DNA of 64,000 nucleotides from an uncultured Flavobacteriales bacterium (GTDB lineage Bacteria > Bacteroidota > Bacteroidia > Flavobacteriales_D > JABDKJ01). The number at the start of each line of letters is the position of its first letter. Position 1 is the first letter of the stretch. Shown one piece after another: positions 40,091 to 51,300 of this stretch. Made by a program: the position numbers and the translations under genes. The notes under the pieces were generated by a model. The model was not told where the DNA came from. It saw only the letters and a program-made list of their open reading frames with translations, and made no database searches. The DNA is taken from contig CAZSQZ010000009.1 in NCBI GenBank assembly GCA_964609215.1, positions 16,394 to 80,393 of the forward strand. Reading direction: 5' to 3'.

Positions 40091-41140
40091 TTGAAAGCTT
40101 TAATTTTGTATATGGCTCAAAATAAAAACGCTCTGATAAGATATAAAACCATTGATAAATGTCTTCAAAATCAATATAGAAAATGGACTTTGGAGGATTT
40201 AATTGATGCTTGTTCAGATGCATTGAACGAATATGAAGGACGAGATATAAATGTAAGCAAACGAACTGTTCAGCTTGATATTCAGTTAATGAGGAGTGAT
40301 AAACTTGGATATAATGCACCCATTATTGCTTATGAACGCAAATATTATCGTTATGAAGATGAGAATTATTCAATCACGAATATTCCTCTTACAGAAAATG
40401 ATATGAGTGTATTGACAGAGACGGTTGAAATGTTGAAACAGTTCAAAGATTTTTCATTGTTTTCTGAGTTGGGTGGTATTATTCATCGTCTAGAGGACAA
40501 AATTCACACGGAGAAAACTCAAAACTCTTCAGTCATTCATTTAGAAAAGAATGAGAATCTAAAAGGCTTGGAGCATTTAGATTTGCTTTATCAAGCGATT
40601 CTAAAAAAGATTTGTTTGACATTGGATTATCAATCCTTCAAGGCTAAGTCATCGAGTAGAATCGTTTTTCATCCATTTATTTTGAAAGAGTTTAACAATC
40701 GCTGGTTCGTGGTTGGAAGAAAAGGGAAGAGTAGTCCCATCATTACTTTTGCCTTAGATAGAATAATAGCTATTGACTATAATTTAGACATTCCATATTT
40801 AAACGAAGACTTTGATAGAGATGAGTATTACAAAAACACAATTGGTGTAACCGTACTTAACGAAACGCAGCTGAGAGAAGTTGATTTGAAAATTGACAAA
40901 TACAATGCACCTTATGTTTTGACCAAGCCCTTTCACCAATCGCAAGAGGTAATAGAAACAGATAGATATGGAAACGTAACGGTCAGAATCAAAGTTCATT
41001 TGAATTTCGAATTGGAACGTCTCATACTAGGTTTTGGAGATTCAATTCAAGTTCTTAAACCTAGACAATTGAAGAATAGAATAAGAAGGAAATTAAAAAA
41101 TGCGATTGAGAATTATGAGAAGGCTAAGGAACCTCATTAA
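40091..41140 (+). CDS. HTH plus WYL-domain transcriptional regulator, divergent from rtcB
   Basis: N-terminal winged-HTH-like segment (NALIRYKTIDKCL) and central WYL-like segment (NRWFVVGRKGKSSPIITFALDRI). 349 aa. The likely start is MAQNKN near 40112. Confidence 0.55.
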   Translation: MKALILYMAQNKNALIRYKTIDKCLQNQYRKWTLEDLIDACSDALNEYEGRDINVSKRTVQLDIQLMRSDKLGYNAPIIAYERKYYRYEDENYSITNIPLTENDMSVLTETVEMLKQFKDFSLFSELGGIIHRLEDKIHTEKTQNSSVIHLEKNENLKGLEHLDLLYQAILKKICLTLDYQSFKAKSSSRIVFHPFILKEFNNRWFVVGRKGKSSPIITFALDRIIAIDYNLDIPYLNEDFDRDEYYKNTIGVTVLNETQLREVDLKIDKYNAPYVLTKPFHQSQEVIETDRYGNVTVRIKVHLNFELERLILGFGDSIQVLKPRQLKNRIRRKLKNAIENYEKAKEPH

Positions 41141-41648
41141 AAAACTCGAGTTGCTTATTCAAATTCTCTGGATTTCTAACAGGGTTGTATAGGAACGGAT
41201 TCTTCATCATTATCGCGAAAGTTTGTAGTTCTTCATCATTCAATTCATTTAGTTCTTTGTCAAAATAAAATTCTGCAGCTCTTTTAAGAGAAATGTTTTG
41301 GTATAAAAAATCATATTGATGAGCTATGAAATTTAAACATTGTCTATTGTTGACTTTTTTAAGTACATGCGAAGCATATACATATTTATTGCTCAAAATA
41401 CCTCTGTTAGATGCTAAATGAAACATGGAGATCGCCCAAACGCATGGACATTCAGATTTATCCGAGTTGAATAAAGAGTATAAATGAGGGATTAATTTTT
41501 TGCTGTTGTGGTACTGATTGAAAAACTCTGCAAATCGTTCAGGAACTTCGGGAGAATTCTCTACTTCAAGGATAATTTCTTGCACTATTTTTCTATCAAT
41601 TTTTGGATTAAGATTGCTTCTTAAGAACAAAAGAAATAAAGTTAGCAT
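41124..41648 (-). CDS. hypothetical membrane-anchored protein with weak resemblance to the C-terminal half of a GT51 peptidoglycan glycosyltransferase domain
   Basis: N-terminal TM helix. SLKRAAEFYFDK and AIMMKNPFLYNPVRNPE resemble GT51 late motifs (AAxxYFGK; LAALLPNPxxY). The early catalytic motifs are not evident. Confidence 0.25.
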   Translation of the reverse strand: MLTLFLLFLRSNLNPKIDRKIVQEIILEVENSPEVPERFAEFFNQYHNSKKLIPHLYSLFNSDKSECPCVWAISMFHLASNRGILSNKYVYASHVLKKVNNRQCLNFIAHQYDFLYQNISLKRAAEFYFDKELNELNDEELQTFAIMMKNPFLYNPVRNPENLNKQLEFFNEVP

Positions 41649-41791
41649 GAGCAGTACTCCCCCAATTAAACGAATTGTGGTTCTCAGCGTTTTTTTTTAG
41701 CAGGGTGTTCATTTTATTAATAGAATTAATGTACGCAGGTGTGATTGGATAAAAGATGTTTTCTTAAACGGGTAGTTTTTCGATATTGAAT

Positions 41792-42160
41792 TCAGTACAG
41801 GTGACATCCAAACAAAACCAAACCAACAATACTTACTCCAATAGCAGTAATTAGGACAGAAGCTGAAGCAATATCTTTTATTTTTCCAGCCTTTTCATGG
41901 TAATCCGGGGAAATAAAGTCAACTAAATATTCGATGGCTGTATTTATTCCCTCCATTGCAAAAATGAAAAAGATGCATAGTATAAGTATCATAAACTCCA
42001 TGAGAGAAAACTTAAGAAAGAATGCAGCGCAAATAGTCAGTAGCGCAATTATAAGGTGAATTTTGAAATTACTTTCTCTGAAAATATATGGAATACCTTT
42101 AAATGCATCTGAAAAACTCTGTTTTCTTCCTTTCAAGTACGAATCATTTGTCCTTTTCAT
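41792..42160 (-). CDS. dgkA: diacylglycerol kinase family protein
   Basis: 122 aa with three TM helices and the EGINTAIEYLVD...ASASVL motif region of DgkA/UDP kinase. Confidence 0.6.
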   Translation of the reverse strand: MKRTNDSYLKGRKQSFSDAFKGIPYIFRESNFKIHLIIALLTICAAFFLKFSLMEFMILILCIFFIFAMEGINTAIEYLVDFISPDYHEKAGKIKDIASASVLITAIGVSIVGLVLFGCHLY

Positions 42161-42827
42161 TCATCCAACTTTTGTAATGTAAATATCCAAAATGTCTGAT
42201 GGTGAAATAAGCAATTATCAAAAAACTTGATAAGACAATAGTCATTCCCCAAGTTGCAGAGTGTTGGATAGGGTGACTGATTCTTTGAACAATGTCCAAT
42301 GCCAGTCCTTGGGGATTAGTTAGAATATCCCAGGAATTCCATCTTAAGTAGCGACCTATATAAACACCAAATCCTGCCATGAAAAGAGAAACAAGAGAAA
42401 AGCACCAGGCAATTCCCTTATTCCATCTTTTCTTAACTACTTCTTGCATATGCCACAGACTATAAAAACCTAGAATAAGTCCGTTCCAAGCGTATGAGAA
42501 TATGAGCATTAAATCGTACCAAAGTGGAATATCCTGTTTAGGTTTAAGATGAAAAATATCCGTTACTATATATGGTGCATTTGGAAAGAAGAGTAACCAG
42601 AGTGCAATTAGAGATAAAAGCATCCAGGTTTTGAATTTTTGAAACTTGTGATTTGCAATTACGGCTATAACCAAGGGGATTCCTGCCAAAATTAAATTCC
42701 ATATTAGGAATGCATAAGTAATGCTACCCGACATTTTCATTCGTGCGTAGCTGAGCACTAAACTTAATGAAATGGAGATGGATATAATGGCAATAAGCCG
42801 AGCTTCCTTTCGTATGATATCTACCAT
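42144..42827 (-). CDS. DUF1361 family integral membrane protein
   Basis: Multi-TM protein with a PNAPYIVTD motif. Confidence 0.45.
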   Translation of the reverse strand: MVDIIRKEARLIAIISISISLSLVLSYARMKMSGSITYAFLIWNLILAGIPLVIAVIANHKFQKFKTWMLLSLIALWLLFFPNAPYIVTDIFHLKPKQDIPLWYDLMLIFSYAWNGLILGFYSLWHMQEVVKKRWNKGIAWCFSLVSLFMAGFGVYIGRYLRWNSWDILTNPQGLALDIVQRISHPIQHSATWGMTIVLSSFLIIAYFTIRHFGYLHYKSWMNEKDK

Positions 42828-42944
42828 GTTGCTTTAATTGGTATTTGTTCAAACGGATAAGAATGGAATTTGTGATTTGGACTTTCTTAAGGAATGTTAA
42901 AGGAACCTTTCGGAGAATTATCGTTTCAGGTATTTAAGGCCAAA

Positions 42945-43973
42945 TCAATCTTTTCTTGATTGAATGTAATTTTCCCAGCGTTCCAAGACTTTCTGCATAT
43001 CGTCTGGAATTTCTTTTTCAAACTTCATTCGTTCTCCGCTGCTTGGGTGATCAAATTCCAGGGATTTTGCATGTAAGGCCTGACGGGAAAGAATATCGAA
43101 GCAATTTTCTACAAAGCGTTTATATTTTGTGAAGATGGTTCCCTTTAAAATCTTGTCACCACCATACTCATCATCACCAAAAAGAGAATGGTTTATGTGT
43201 TTCATATGAACGCGAATCTGATGTGTTCGGCCTGTTTCTAATTTGCATTCAATGAGTGTTACATAACCTAACCTCTTGAGAACCTTATAATGGGTGACTG
43301 CATGTTTTCCATATTCCGCATCTTCAAATACAGTCATCATTTTCCTGTTTTTCAGAGAACGACCAATGTGTCCTTCAACGGTTCCATCTTCTTGAATATC
43401 ACCCCAAGCTATTGCTGCATATCTTCGATCTATAGTGCGATCAAAAAATTGTTTGGCTAAATGAGTTAAAGCATGTTCGGTTTTTGCAACTACCATTACA
43501 CCGGTAGTCTTTTTATCCAATCTATGAACTAAGCCAGGCCTTGGGCTATCAAAATCTCCTTTGTCTGGTAATTGTCCAAAATGATAAACCAAAGCATTGA
43601 CTAAAGTTCCAGTATAATTCCCATAACCAGGGTGCACTACAATACCTGCTTGCTTATTGAGAACGATTAGATCATTATCCTCATAGAGTATTTCTATAGG
43701 TATATCTTCTGGAATCAACTCAATTTCACGAACAGGATAGGGGAGTACTATGGAAATATCGTCACCTGGTTTTATTTTAAAATTGGGTTTAACTGCTTTA
43801 TTATTGACTTTAATCCCTCCATTGTAAGCAACCGCTTGCAATTTTGTTCTGGAAGTATTTGGAATACGATCCATTAAAAATTTGTCAATACGCAGCGGTT
43901 CCTGTCCAGGATCTGCTTTTAATTTGTAATGTTCAAAGAGTTCTTCTTCGTTATGCTCTTGCTTATCTGACAA
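42945..43973 (-). CDS. RluA-family (RluD-like) 23S rRNA pseudouridine synthase with S4 domain
   Basis: S4-like N-terminus (RIDKFLMDRIPNTSRTKLQ) and catalytic HRLDKKTTGVMVVAKT motif. Confidence 0.75.
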   Translation of the reverse strand: MSDKQEHNEEELFEHYKLKADPGQEPLRIDKFLMDRIPNTSRTKLQAVAYNGGIKVNNKAVKPNFKIKPGDDISIVLPYPVREIELIPEDIPIEILYEDNDLIVLNKQAGIVVHPGYGNYTGTLVNALVYHFGQLPDKGDFDSPRPGLVHRLDKKTTGVMVVAKTEHALTHLAKQFFDRTIDRRYAAIAWGDIQEDGTVEGHIGRSLKNRKMMTVFEDAEYGKHAVTHYKVLKRLGYVTLIECKLETGRTHQIRVHMKHINHSLFGDDEYGGDKILKGTIFTKYKRFVENCFDILSRQALHAKSLEFDHPSSGERMKFEKEIPDDMQKVLERWENYIQSRKD

Positions 43974-45822
43974 GTACTATTTTCTTTGTAATAGGGGGCG
44001 AAAGATAAGGATTGGAAAGTCTTATCCAATACAATCCATTATTACTTTGAGATAAATCAATAGAATTTGTTTGTAAGAAATCCTGAGCTATTATTTGCCC
44101 GGAAATATTAAATACCTCATATCTCCATTTATTTGCAATTTGAGGTAATTCCAAATACACAACTCCATTACTTGGATTAGGATAAAGATTAATATCCTTA
44201 TCAGAAATTTCATTGACACTAACAATAGGAATATCTCCAACAGCTGGTCGCATCATTAAAGTTCCAGTTATCGCAGAAGGATTCCAGGTTCCGTTTACAT
44301 TAAATTTTAAACGATTCGCATTGTTGTTAGTATTCTTGTCGTTTCCAATATTTAAAGATAAATCTCCGGATTGTTGCCAGCCTATCCATATCGGTTGTGA
44401 AGCGTCAACAAAAACTTTTTCTTGAAGTGGGTACACCAAAAAATAATCAGGAGCAACTTGATAATCTACAAAAGAAGGAGCTGCTATTGTTGACTGTTGA
44501 ATTATAGTGTCTGGACAATTAAGATCTGCATCATGGCTCCAAATAGTCAAGAAAAATTGCTCATCACTTGGATCTTGAGCAACGGGTAAGAAATACATAT
44601 ACAGAGCTGATATACTGTCTGGTTGCAGAAAATCAAATTTATAGGCAACCTGACCTCCTGCAATATCGACTCCATAGCCTCGTTCGGCAGAGCCGTCATC
44701 ATAGGCATAAAAGTCATCAAAGCTCTGGGTAAATTTCAAGCGGTTATTATCCAGTATGAAATCTGGGCTAACATTATAGGAAAATTCAACATCAAAATTT
44801 ACTGGACCTGGTAAGGAACTATCATATTCTATATTCCCTCCGTTTAGATCATAGTTATATCCTTGTGTGCTTCCAGCAGAAACAGATGGATCAAAAATAT
44901 TTTGATAGGACGTTTGTAAAACTCCCGATTCAAAAATTTCAAGAAAATTGTTATCTTGGAAAGATCCATTATTTCCATTGTTCTTAATTTGCAAAAGAAT
45001 ATTTTCCCTAATCAAAGAGTTGTCGAAATGATCCCAAGGAACAGAGGAATATTCTTCGGTCAAACTAAATTGAGGCTCAAAAAACGCCAGATCTTGGTTA
45101 ATGGTATCTGTTAAACTCCTGTTATCATCTATTTCGATGTAATCAATATTCCAATGATCTAATGCTCCAGAAAGTGTTGCATAATTCTTGAATCTAATTC
45201 TGAAATCCGGTTCAAGGAAAATTGTACTGTCTATAGGTATTAGAACCTGTTCAAATTCTGAAAGTGCTCTGCCCGGAGATGACCAGGCCCAATGCCATTT
45301 ATTGGAATCTGGCTCGAAAAACTCCAAAACTAAAGAATCACTTGCTTCAGGACGGTTACCCAATCCTTCAGCTTGAAAGAAAAAACTCATTACCACTAGA
45401 CCAGATGTCGAGCTAAGATCTATGTCAACAGATTCTAAAGTGTCTGCTACACCAAAGTCATTGGCATTTTCAAAATTATAGGGAAAACCGGTGCAATCTA
45501 AACCGTCAAAAGTCATTACTCCAATGCTAGGAGCATTTACTGCAAAAGTTTCATTTCTTCTTGCACAACTTTCCTCCCAAAGTACCTGGTTCCCATCGGG
45601 GTTATTAAATGTCTTGTCTATGGAGAAGTCATCAATAAAGGGAAGAGAGATCATACTCTTTTCCGCATTGCTGGACTTTTTTTGTTTAGTACTTTCTTTA
45701 AGTAATTGGATATCGTAGGTCAACGGAACTTCTACTTCTTGTGCTCCCAAACTAAAGGTGAGTAGAAGAGAAAAAATCCAAATAATTCTGTTTCGTTTCA
45801 TATATACATTTAATACATGCAA
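43963..45822 (-). CDS. secreted hypothetical protein, T9SS cargo
   Basis: Signal peptide and a C-terminal Por_Secre_tail (LYPNPSNGVVYLEL...GLYWIRLSNP...KKIVLVR). Confidence 0.5.
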   Translation of the reverse strand: MHVLNVYMKRNRIIWIFSLLLTFSLGAQEVEVPLTYDIQLLKESTKQKKSSNAEKSMISLPFIDDFSIDKTFNNPDGNQVLWEESCARRNETFAVNAPSIGVMTFDGLDCTGFPYNFENANDFGVADTLESVDIDLSSTSGLVVMSFFFQAEGLGNRPEASDSLVLEFFEPDSNKWHWAWSSPGRALSEFEQVLIPIDSTIFLEPDFRIRFKNYATLSGALDHWNIDYIEIDDNRSLTDTINQDLAFFEPQFSLTEEYSSVPWDHFDNSLIRENILLQIKNNGNNGSFQDNNFLEIFESGVLQTSYQNIFDPSVSAGSTQGYNYDLNGGNIEYDSSLPGPVNFDVEFSYNVSPDFILDNNRLKFTQSFDDFYAYDDGSAERGYGVDIAGGQVAYKFDFLQPDSISALYMYFLPVAQDPSDEQFFLTIWSHDADLNCPDTIIQQSTIAAPSFVDYQVAPDYFLVYPLQEKVFVDASQPIWIGWQQSGDLSLNIGNDKNTNNNANRLKFNVNGTWNPSAITGTLMMRPAVGDIPIVSVNEISDKDINLYPNPSNGVVYLELPQIANKWRYEVFNISGQIIAQDFLQTNSIDLSQSNNGLYWIRLSNPYLSPPITKKIVLVR

Positions 45823-45839
45823 ATGCTGGAGTTCCCTAT

Positions 45840-46688
45840 TTATTGAAACCCCACAGTATCTGTGGTTAAGTAAATATCTACACTGGCGCCAATACCGAGT
45901 TCACCATCACCAAAACGAGGTTTTTGATCATATATTCTCGCAAGAGATGAATCAATTTTGTCTTTGCAATCCATACATTTTAATACAATTCCCAAATTCA
46001 GAGAATTTTCACTTAAATATCTTCGTGCGTCCGACATTGTAAGTCCATATAAGTCTGGCGCGGAAGTAGATTCATATGTTTTTTTGCTAACTACTAAATC
46101 TATCTTTTCTCCCATTTTAATTGGGGCTCCTGCTTTTATTGCTTTGCCCTTATACAATTGCTTTAAAATAAGGTTGTCACCTAAACTATTGGCTTCGTAA
46201 GTAATGTTTCCTACACCAAGCCCTGCAGTTTCAAGCTTTATAAGCGCTACTCTTTCAGATATATCCACAAGTTCTGGCATTCTTTTAGTAGGTGGAGTCA
46301 CTCTGGAAATTGTAACATATACTTTTCGGTTTTCTTTTACCTGCCTTCGAATAGAATCCCCATTACTAAGAACAGCATAGGCAGCAGGATTTTGAGAAAT
46401 AACCCTACCCGGCATATGGTTTTTCAGATAAACAGAATCCTGAATGACCAGCCTTAGATTGCTTTTCTCGATTAAACTTTTCGCCTCATATTTAGAATAA
46501 TCCATTAAATCTGGAACATCAATAGTGTCTCCATGATTTGTATAAAAGCGTAGACCAAAAAATACTGCAAAAATCAATAAGCTGATTATCAGAACATAAA
46601 GACCCAAATTCTTAATGAAGGACTTACTAAAAACAAATGCGATTAAATCTTTTAGCATAAAGTGTTCAAATATAACACTACAACTCAT
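45840..46688 (-). CDS. PASTA domain-containing membrane protein
   Basis: N-terminal TM helix followed by repeated PASTA-like modules. The likely start is MLKDLIAF. Confidence 0.5.
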   Translation of the reverse strand: MSCSVIFEHFMLKDLIAFVFSKSFIKNLGLYVLIISLLIFAVFFGLRFYTNHGDTIDVPDLMDYSKYEAKSLIEKSNLRLVIQDSVYLKNHMPGRVISQNPAAYAVLSNGDSIRRQVKENRKVYVTISRVTPPTKRMPELVDISERVALIKLETAGLGVGNITYEANSLGDNLILKQLYKGKAIKAGAPIKMGEKIDLVVSKKTYESTSAPDLYGLTMSDARRYLSENSLNLGIVLKCMDCKDKIDSSLARIYDQKPRFGDGELGIGASVDIYLTTDTVGFQ

Positions 46689-46792
46689 TTATAGGCAATG
46701 TATTTTATTCCTAAATCGTTCAATTAGATGTGTTTAAAAATAATTAACAGATAAAATTATTGGAAACAAAAATTTCGAAATTTCAAAATTGA

Positions 46793-47794
46793 ATGAATAA
46801 AAGAAAAAGAATAGCAATAGTTGCAGGAGGTTTTTCGGGTGAATCGATTGTTTCTTTAAAGAGTGCCGAAACCATTTTGAAGCATATTGATAAAGAGATA
46901 TTCGAACCATTTCTAGTAAAGGTTTTGGAAAGCGGATGGACCGTTGAGTGGAAAGCACAAGAATTACCAGTTAATAAAGAAGATTTTTCATTTAATTATG
47001 AGAATGATAAGGTTCAATTTGACTTTGCTTTCATTATTATACACGGAACACCTGGGGAAGATGGTATACTACAAGCCTATTTTGATTTGATTGAGATGCC
47101 TTATAGCACAGGAGATTCTACTCTTATGGGGCTCACTTTTGATAAGGCATACACGCAAAACGTTTTGAAAGGACTTGGTTTTAATGTGGCTAGAAATAGT
47201 GTTGTACAGAAGGGGATGGAAATACAAGCAAAGGAAATATGTTCGGATTTAGGTTTACCTTGCTTTGTTAAACCTTCTCGGGCAGGAAGTAGTTTGGGAG
47301 TTTCTAAGGTTAAATCATGGGAAGAGTTGGATTCGGCTTTGAATAAAGCCTTTTCTGAACATCCGACTGCTTTAATTGAAGAGTTTTTAGATGGTATTGA
47401 AATAACCTGCGGAGCCTATTTGAAAAATGGAGAAATTATTGCTTTGCCTGTAACCGAAATAGTAAGTCAAAATGAGTTTTTTGACTTTGAGGCAAAGTAT
47501 AATGATGAAAGTACAGAGGAAATAACACCAGCGAGAATTTCAGCAGATGATTTTCTTAATTGCCAAGCGGTTACCAAAAAAGTATATCAGCAGTTGTCTT
47601 GTAAAGGAATTGTAAGGGTAGATTATATGTTGGTTGGACGTGAGTTGTATATTATCGAGCTAAATACTGTGCCTGGTATGAGTGCTGAGAGTATAGTTCC
47701 TAAACAACTTGCCGCAGCGGAAATAGACATTAAGTTATTTATTAGCGATTTAATTTTAGGAAAAATTAAAAATCAAGAACCGGCTCATTCCTGA
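46793..47794 (+). CDS. ddl: D-alanine--D-alanine ligase
   Basis: IAIVAGGFSGESIVSLKSA N-terminal motif and ATP-grasp fold. Confidence 0.85.
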   Translation: MNKRKRIAIVAGGFSGESIVSLKSAETILKHIDKEIFEPFLVKVLESGWTVEWKAQELPVNKEDFSFNYENDKVQFDFAFIIIHGTPGEDGILQAYFDLIEMPYSTGDSTLMGLTFDKAYTQNVLKGLGFNVARNSVVQKGMEIQAKEICSDLGLPCFVKPSRAGSSLGVSKVKSWEELDSALNKAFSEHPTALIEEFLDGIEITCGAYLKNGEIIALPVTEIVSQNEFFDFEAKYNDESTEEITPARISADDFLNCQAVTKKVYQQLSCKGIVRVDYMLVGRELYIIELNTVPGMSAESIVPKQLAAAEIDIKLFISDLILGKIKNQEPAHS

Positions 47795-48372
47795 GTATAA
47801 TTGGCTTCGAGATATTTCATGAAATTTCCAAATGCTCTGGCTCTATGACTGAATTTATTTTTCTCACTTAATTCCATTTCACCAAAGGTTTTATGTGATC
47901 CATCGGGTTTGAAAATAGGATCATAGCCAAAACCATTTGTGCCCTTTTGTTCTTTTATAATACTACCTTCAACAATTCCTTCAAAATTTTTTTCTTCTCC
48001 GTTAATGATGGAACATACAACCGTTCTGAACTGAGCCTTTCTATTTGCTTTTTGAGTCAATAGAATCAAGACCTTTTGCATGTTTTTTAGGGCGTCTTTA
48101 TTTGGTCCTGCATACCTAGCTGAATAAACTCCAGGTTCAAAATTCAATGAGGGAATTTCTAATCCTGTATCATCGGCAAAGCAGGGAATACCAAATTTCT
48201 TGTAAACCTGTCTGGCTTTTTGTATTGCATTGCCCTGCAAAGTTTCACTGGTCTCCAATAATTCATCCATTTGTTCAACATCATTAAGGCCAATTATTTC
48301 TACTCCCTTTGGAGCAATGGATTTAATCTCTTTTACCTTATTCGGATTTTGTGATGCAAAAATGAGTTTCAT
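47785..48372 (-). CDS. rdgB: non-canonical purine NTP pyrophosphatase (Ham1/RdgB family)
   Basis: MKLIFASQNPNKVKEI start, FGYDPIF motif, 195 aa. Confidence 0.8.
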   Translation of the reverse strand: MKLIFASQNPNKVKEIKSIAPKGVEIIGLNDVEQMDELLETSETLQGNAIQKARQVYKKFGIPCFADDTGLEIPSLNFEPGVYSARYAGPNKDALKNMQKVLILLTQKANRKAQFRTVVCSIINGEEKNFEGIVEGSIIKEQKGTNGFGYDPIFKPDGSHKTFGEMELSEKNKFSHRARAFGNFMKYLEANYTQE

Positions 48373-48376
48373 AATT

Positions 48377-51300
48377 CTATTCTACAAAAAACCATTGTAT
48401 TTGCGAATTTGAACCTACACTTAGCCTTAAGAGGTAACTTCCAACTTCCAGAGTTGGAACATGTATGAGGTGATTATTATGCCCATTAGTACCATCAATT
48501 TCTCTGTACTTAATGGTTCTGCCTTGAGCATCTATAATTTCCAAAATTACCAAATTGTCTATGGGAAGAAGGAAATCAAAATTCAAGGCACCCTTATTAG
48601 GATTTGGATAAGGTGGAAATAGTATAAACTCATCTTCAATAAGAGCTTTACAACGTGTGTTATTTTCTAACGTCAACTCTCTATTGTTTCCATTTGGCAT
48701 AGAAACAGTAGAACAGAGAAATTCGTGGTGCAGAGCAGGACTATACTCAGGAGCAGCAACAAAATCGTAAATTAAGGTTTCACCTGGTCTCAACAAGCCA
48801 TTCCAGGTTTCAGTAATTCTCGGACCGTTACCAACGTTCAAGTTAATTTCGAAGGTATTGATGTCATGGTTCCCAAAGTTTGAAACGATTGCAGAAGCAA
48901 AGATTTGTCCATTATCAATTACACATGAAATATCAGCTAAGTCCAATTCAAAAATAGGCTCAATGACTAGAATGGTTTTGTTAATCGTATCACTACAGTT
49001 ATCATTATTTATTGCCAATAACTGAATGGTAAAGATTCCAGTATCCAAATAAGTGTATTGAGGAGAGAAATCAAGGGATGAATCGCCATTTCCAAAGTTC
49101 CATACAAAATCATTTGCATCTGTTGTGAGATTGTTAAAAGTAACATCCAATGGAGGGAGGCCAATTGTTGGGTCAAATTCAAAGTTTGGATCGGGGTCTT
49201 CAAACACAGTAATAATTTCTTGTGCGGAAGCTTCGCAGCCGGCTTGAGATGTAACTTCTAGTGAGACATTGAAGTTGCCTGTGCTGTTAAATGTAAAAGA
49301 AGGATTAGCAAGATCAGATGCTCCTTGATTAGAAAAATTCCAATTCCATTCTGCGATTGAATCTGTTAGAAATATGTTTGTGGTATCCATAAAAAGAGTG
49401 GATTCGCCAATACATGCATTCAAATTTGAGAAACCAGCATTGGGTAAATCGTTGATGTTTACTATTTGAACAGTATCGTCTACGCATCCCAATATGGAAG
49501 TAACACTCAGGCTGACATTAAAACTTCCCGGAACAAAATAGGTTTGGGAAGTTGTTGGAAAATTACTTGTAAACCCATTGTCAAAATCCCATGCATAAAT
49601 TTGAATGGGACCTGCAATTGTGGTATCAATATTTTGACTAAACACAGTAGCCTGTCCTAAACAAGTTGAACTTGCAGTAAAATTGGAAACGGGAGAAGGG
49701 TTTATGGTAATGGTTATACTTTGTTCATTTGAGCAATTTACATCTGAGGTTGCTGTTAGAGTGACATTATAAGAGCCAGGTTCAGCATAAGTGTGCCCGA
49801 CATTTTGACCATTGGCGGAACTACTATCTCCAAAATCCCAAGACCAGTTATTAATGTTACCGTTGCTGATAGTAGAATTATCGTCAAAAAATGCATCTTG
49901 GTCCGAACATAAATTACTTACCAGAAAATCCACTTCAGGAAGTGGGTTTATCTGTATTTCGGTTTCAAAGATATCGGCACATCCTGCGGGTGTTTCAACA
50001 ACTAAGGACACTGTATAAGAACCCAGATCATCAAAAAGATGGCCAGGGTTTGGATCATTGGAACCATTTCCATCACCAAAATCCCAAGTCCAGGAAGAAA
50101 TAGTTTCTCCACCAGGTGGAAAGGATAAATCGGAAAAATCTACTTGCTCTCCCAAGCAAAAATTATTAGCAATAAAACTGGCTGTTGGAGCCTGTCCAAT
50201 AATAGTGACATCTATAGTGTCCTGAGCAATACATCCATTTTCATTCTCGGCTTCAACCCAATATGTTCCTGATACATTTACCACCAATTCGGGATCACTG
50301 GAAAGATCATTCCATTCGTAGGAAACTGCTTCATCCTGACCTGAAATAAGTTGTAAAGTGTTCCCAGAACATAAACTTAAATCTGGACCCAAAGATGCAG
50401 TATTTGGAAAATTATCTATGTCAACCATAACAGTATCACTTTGAAAAACACAGTTATTTTGATCTGTGACTTGAACATAATATTCACCCTCTTCTTCGAT
50501 AAGAAAATTAGAATTGACTGACATATCATTCCATTGATAAGTGAAATTGCTATTTCCCAATCCAATTTCCCAAGTAGAATCATTTCCAATACATAAACTG
50601 AAATCTTGTATGAAATTTCCAGGAAAGGAAACTTCGATAGTGTCAGAAGATTCTATTCCAAAATCTGAAATAGTATTAAGTATGTAAGTTCCACTCTCAG
50701 ACACTTCTATTTTAGGAGTGGTTTCACCTGTACTCCATAAATAAGACCGAAAAGAATCGTCTATACCTATAGAATCTGGACAAAAACCATCAAATGTGAT
50801 ATCGGCCCCCAAATCCAAAACAGGAGTATATTTTTCAATAAGATAATCATAGACTGTTTCTTTTTCGCTTTCGGAAAGCTCCTGATTAAAAGCTAGAATC
50901 TCTGCAATATTTCCATGCCAATTCCTAAATAATTGATCACGATCATTACCAATGATTAAGCTAGAAAAACTGCCTTGTGATGCAGATGTTCCCAGTGCAT
51001 ATTTATATTCCGTGGGATTTGAGTATGCACTTCCAGGAACTGCATTGACTTCAAAATTGGATTGAAAAAAGCCATTAGTAAAAAAAGCAGGTACACCACT
51101 ACTATTAATTATCAAAATACTCCCTGGACCACCAGATTGTTCGGTTATCAGTCCAGAGAAAGGAGTAATTGTATTTGTTTCAGAGTTAAAAACTATAACA
51201 CAGGATGCAATTTCAATACTATTGTTAATCAAGAAAACATCATCAGAGCCATCAAAGAAAAATGCACTTTGATTATTAAGGAACGGAATGTTTTCCCTTA

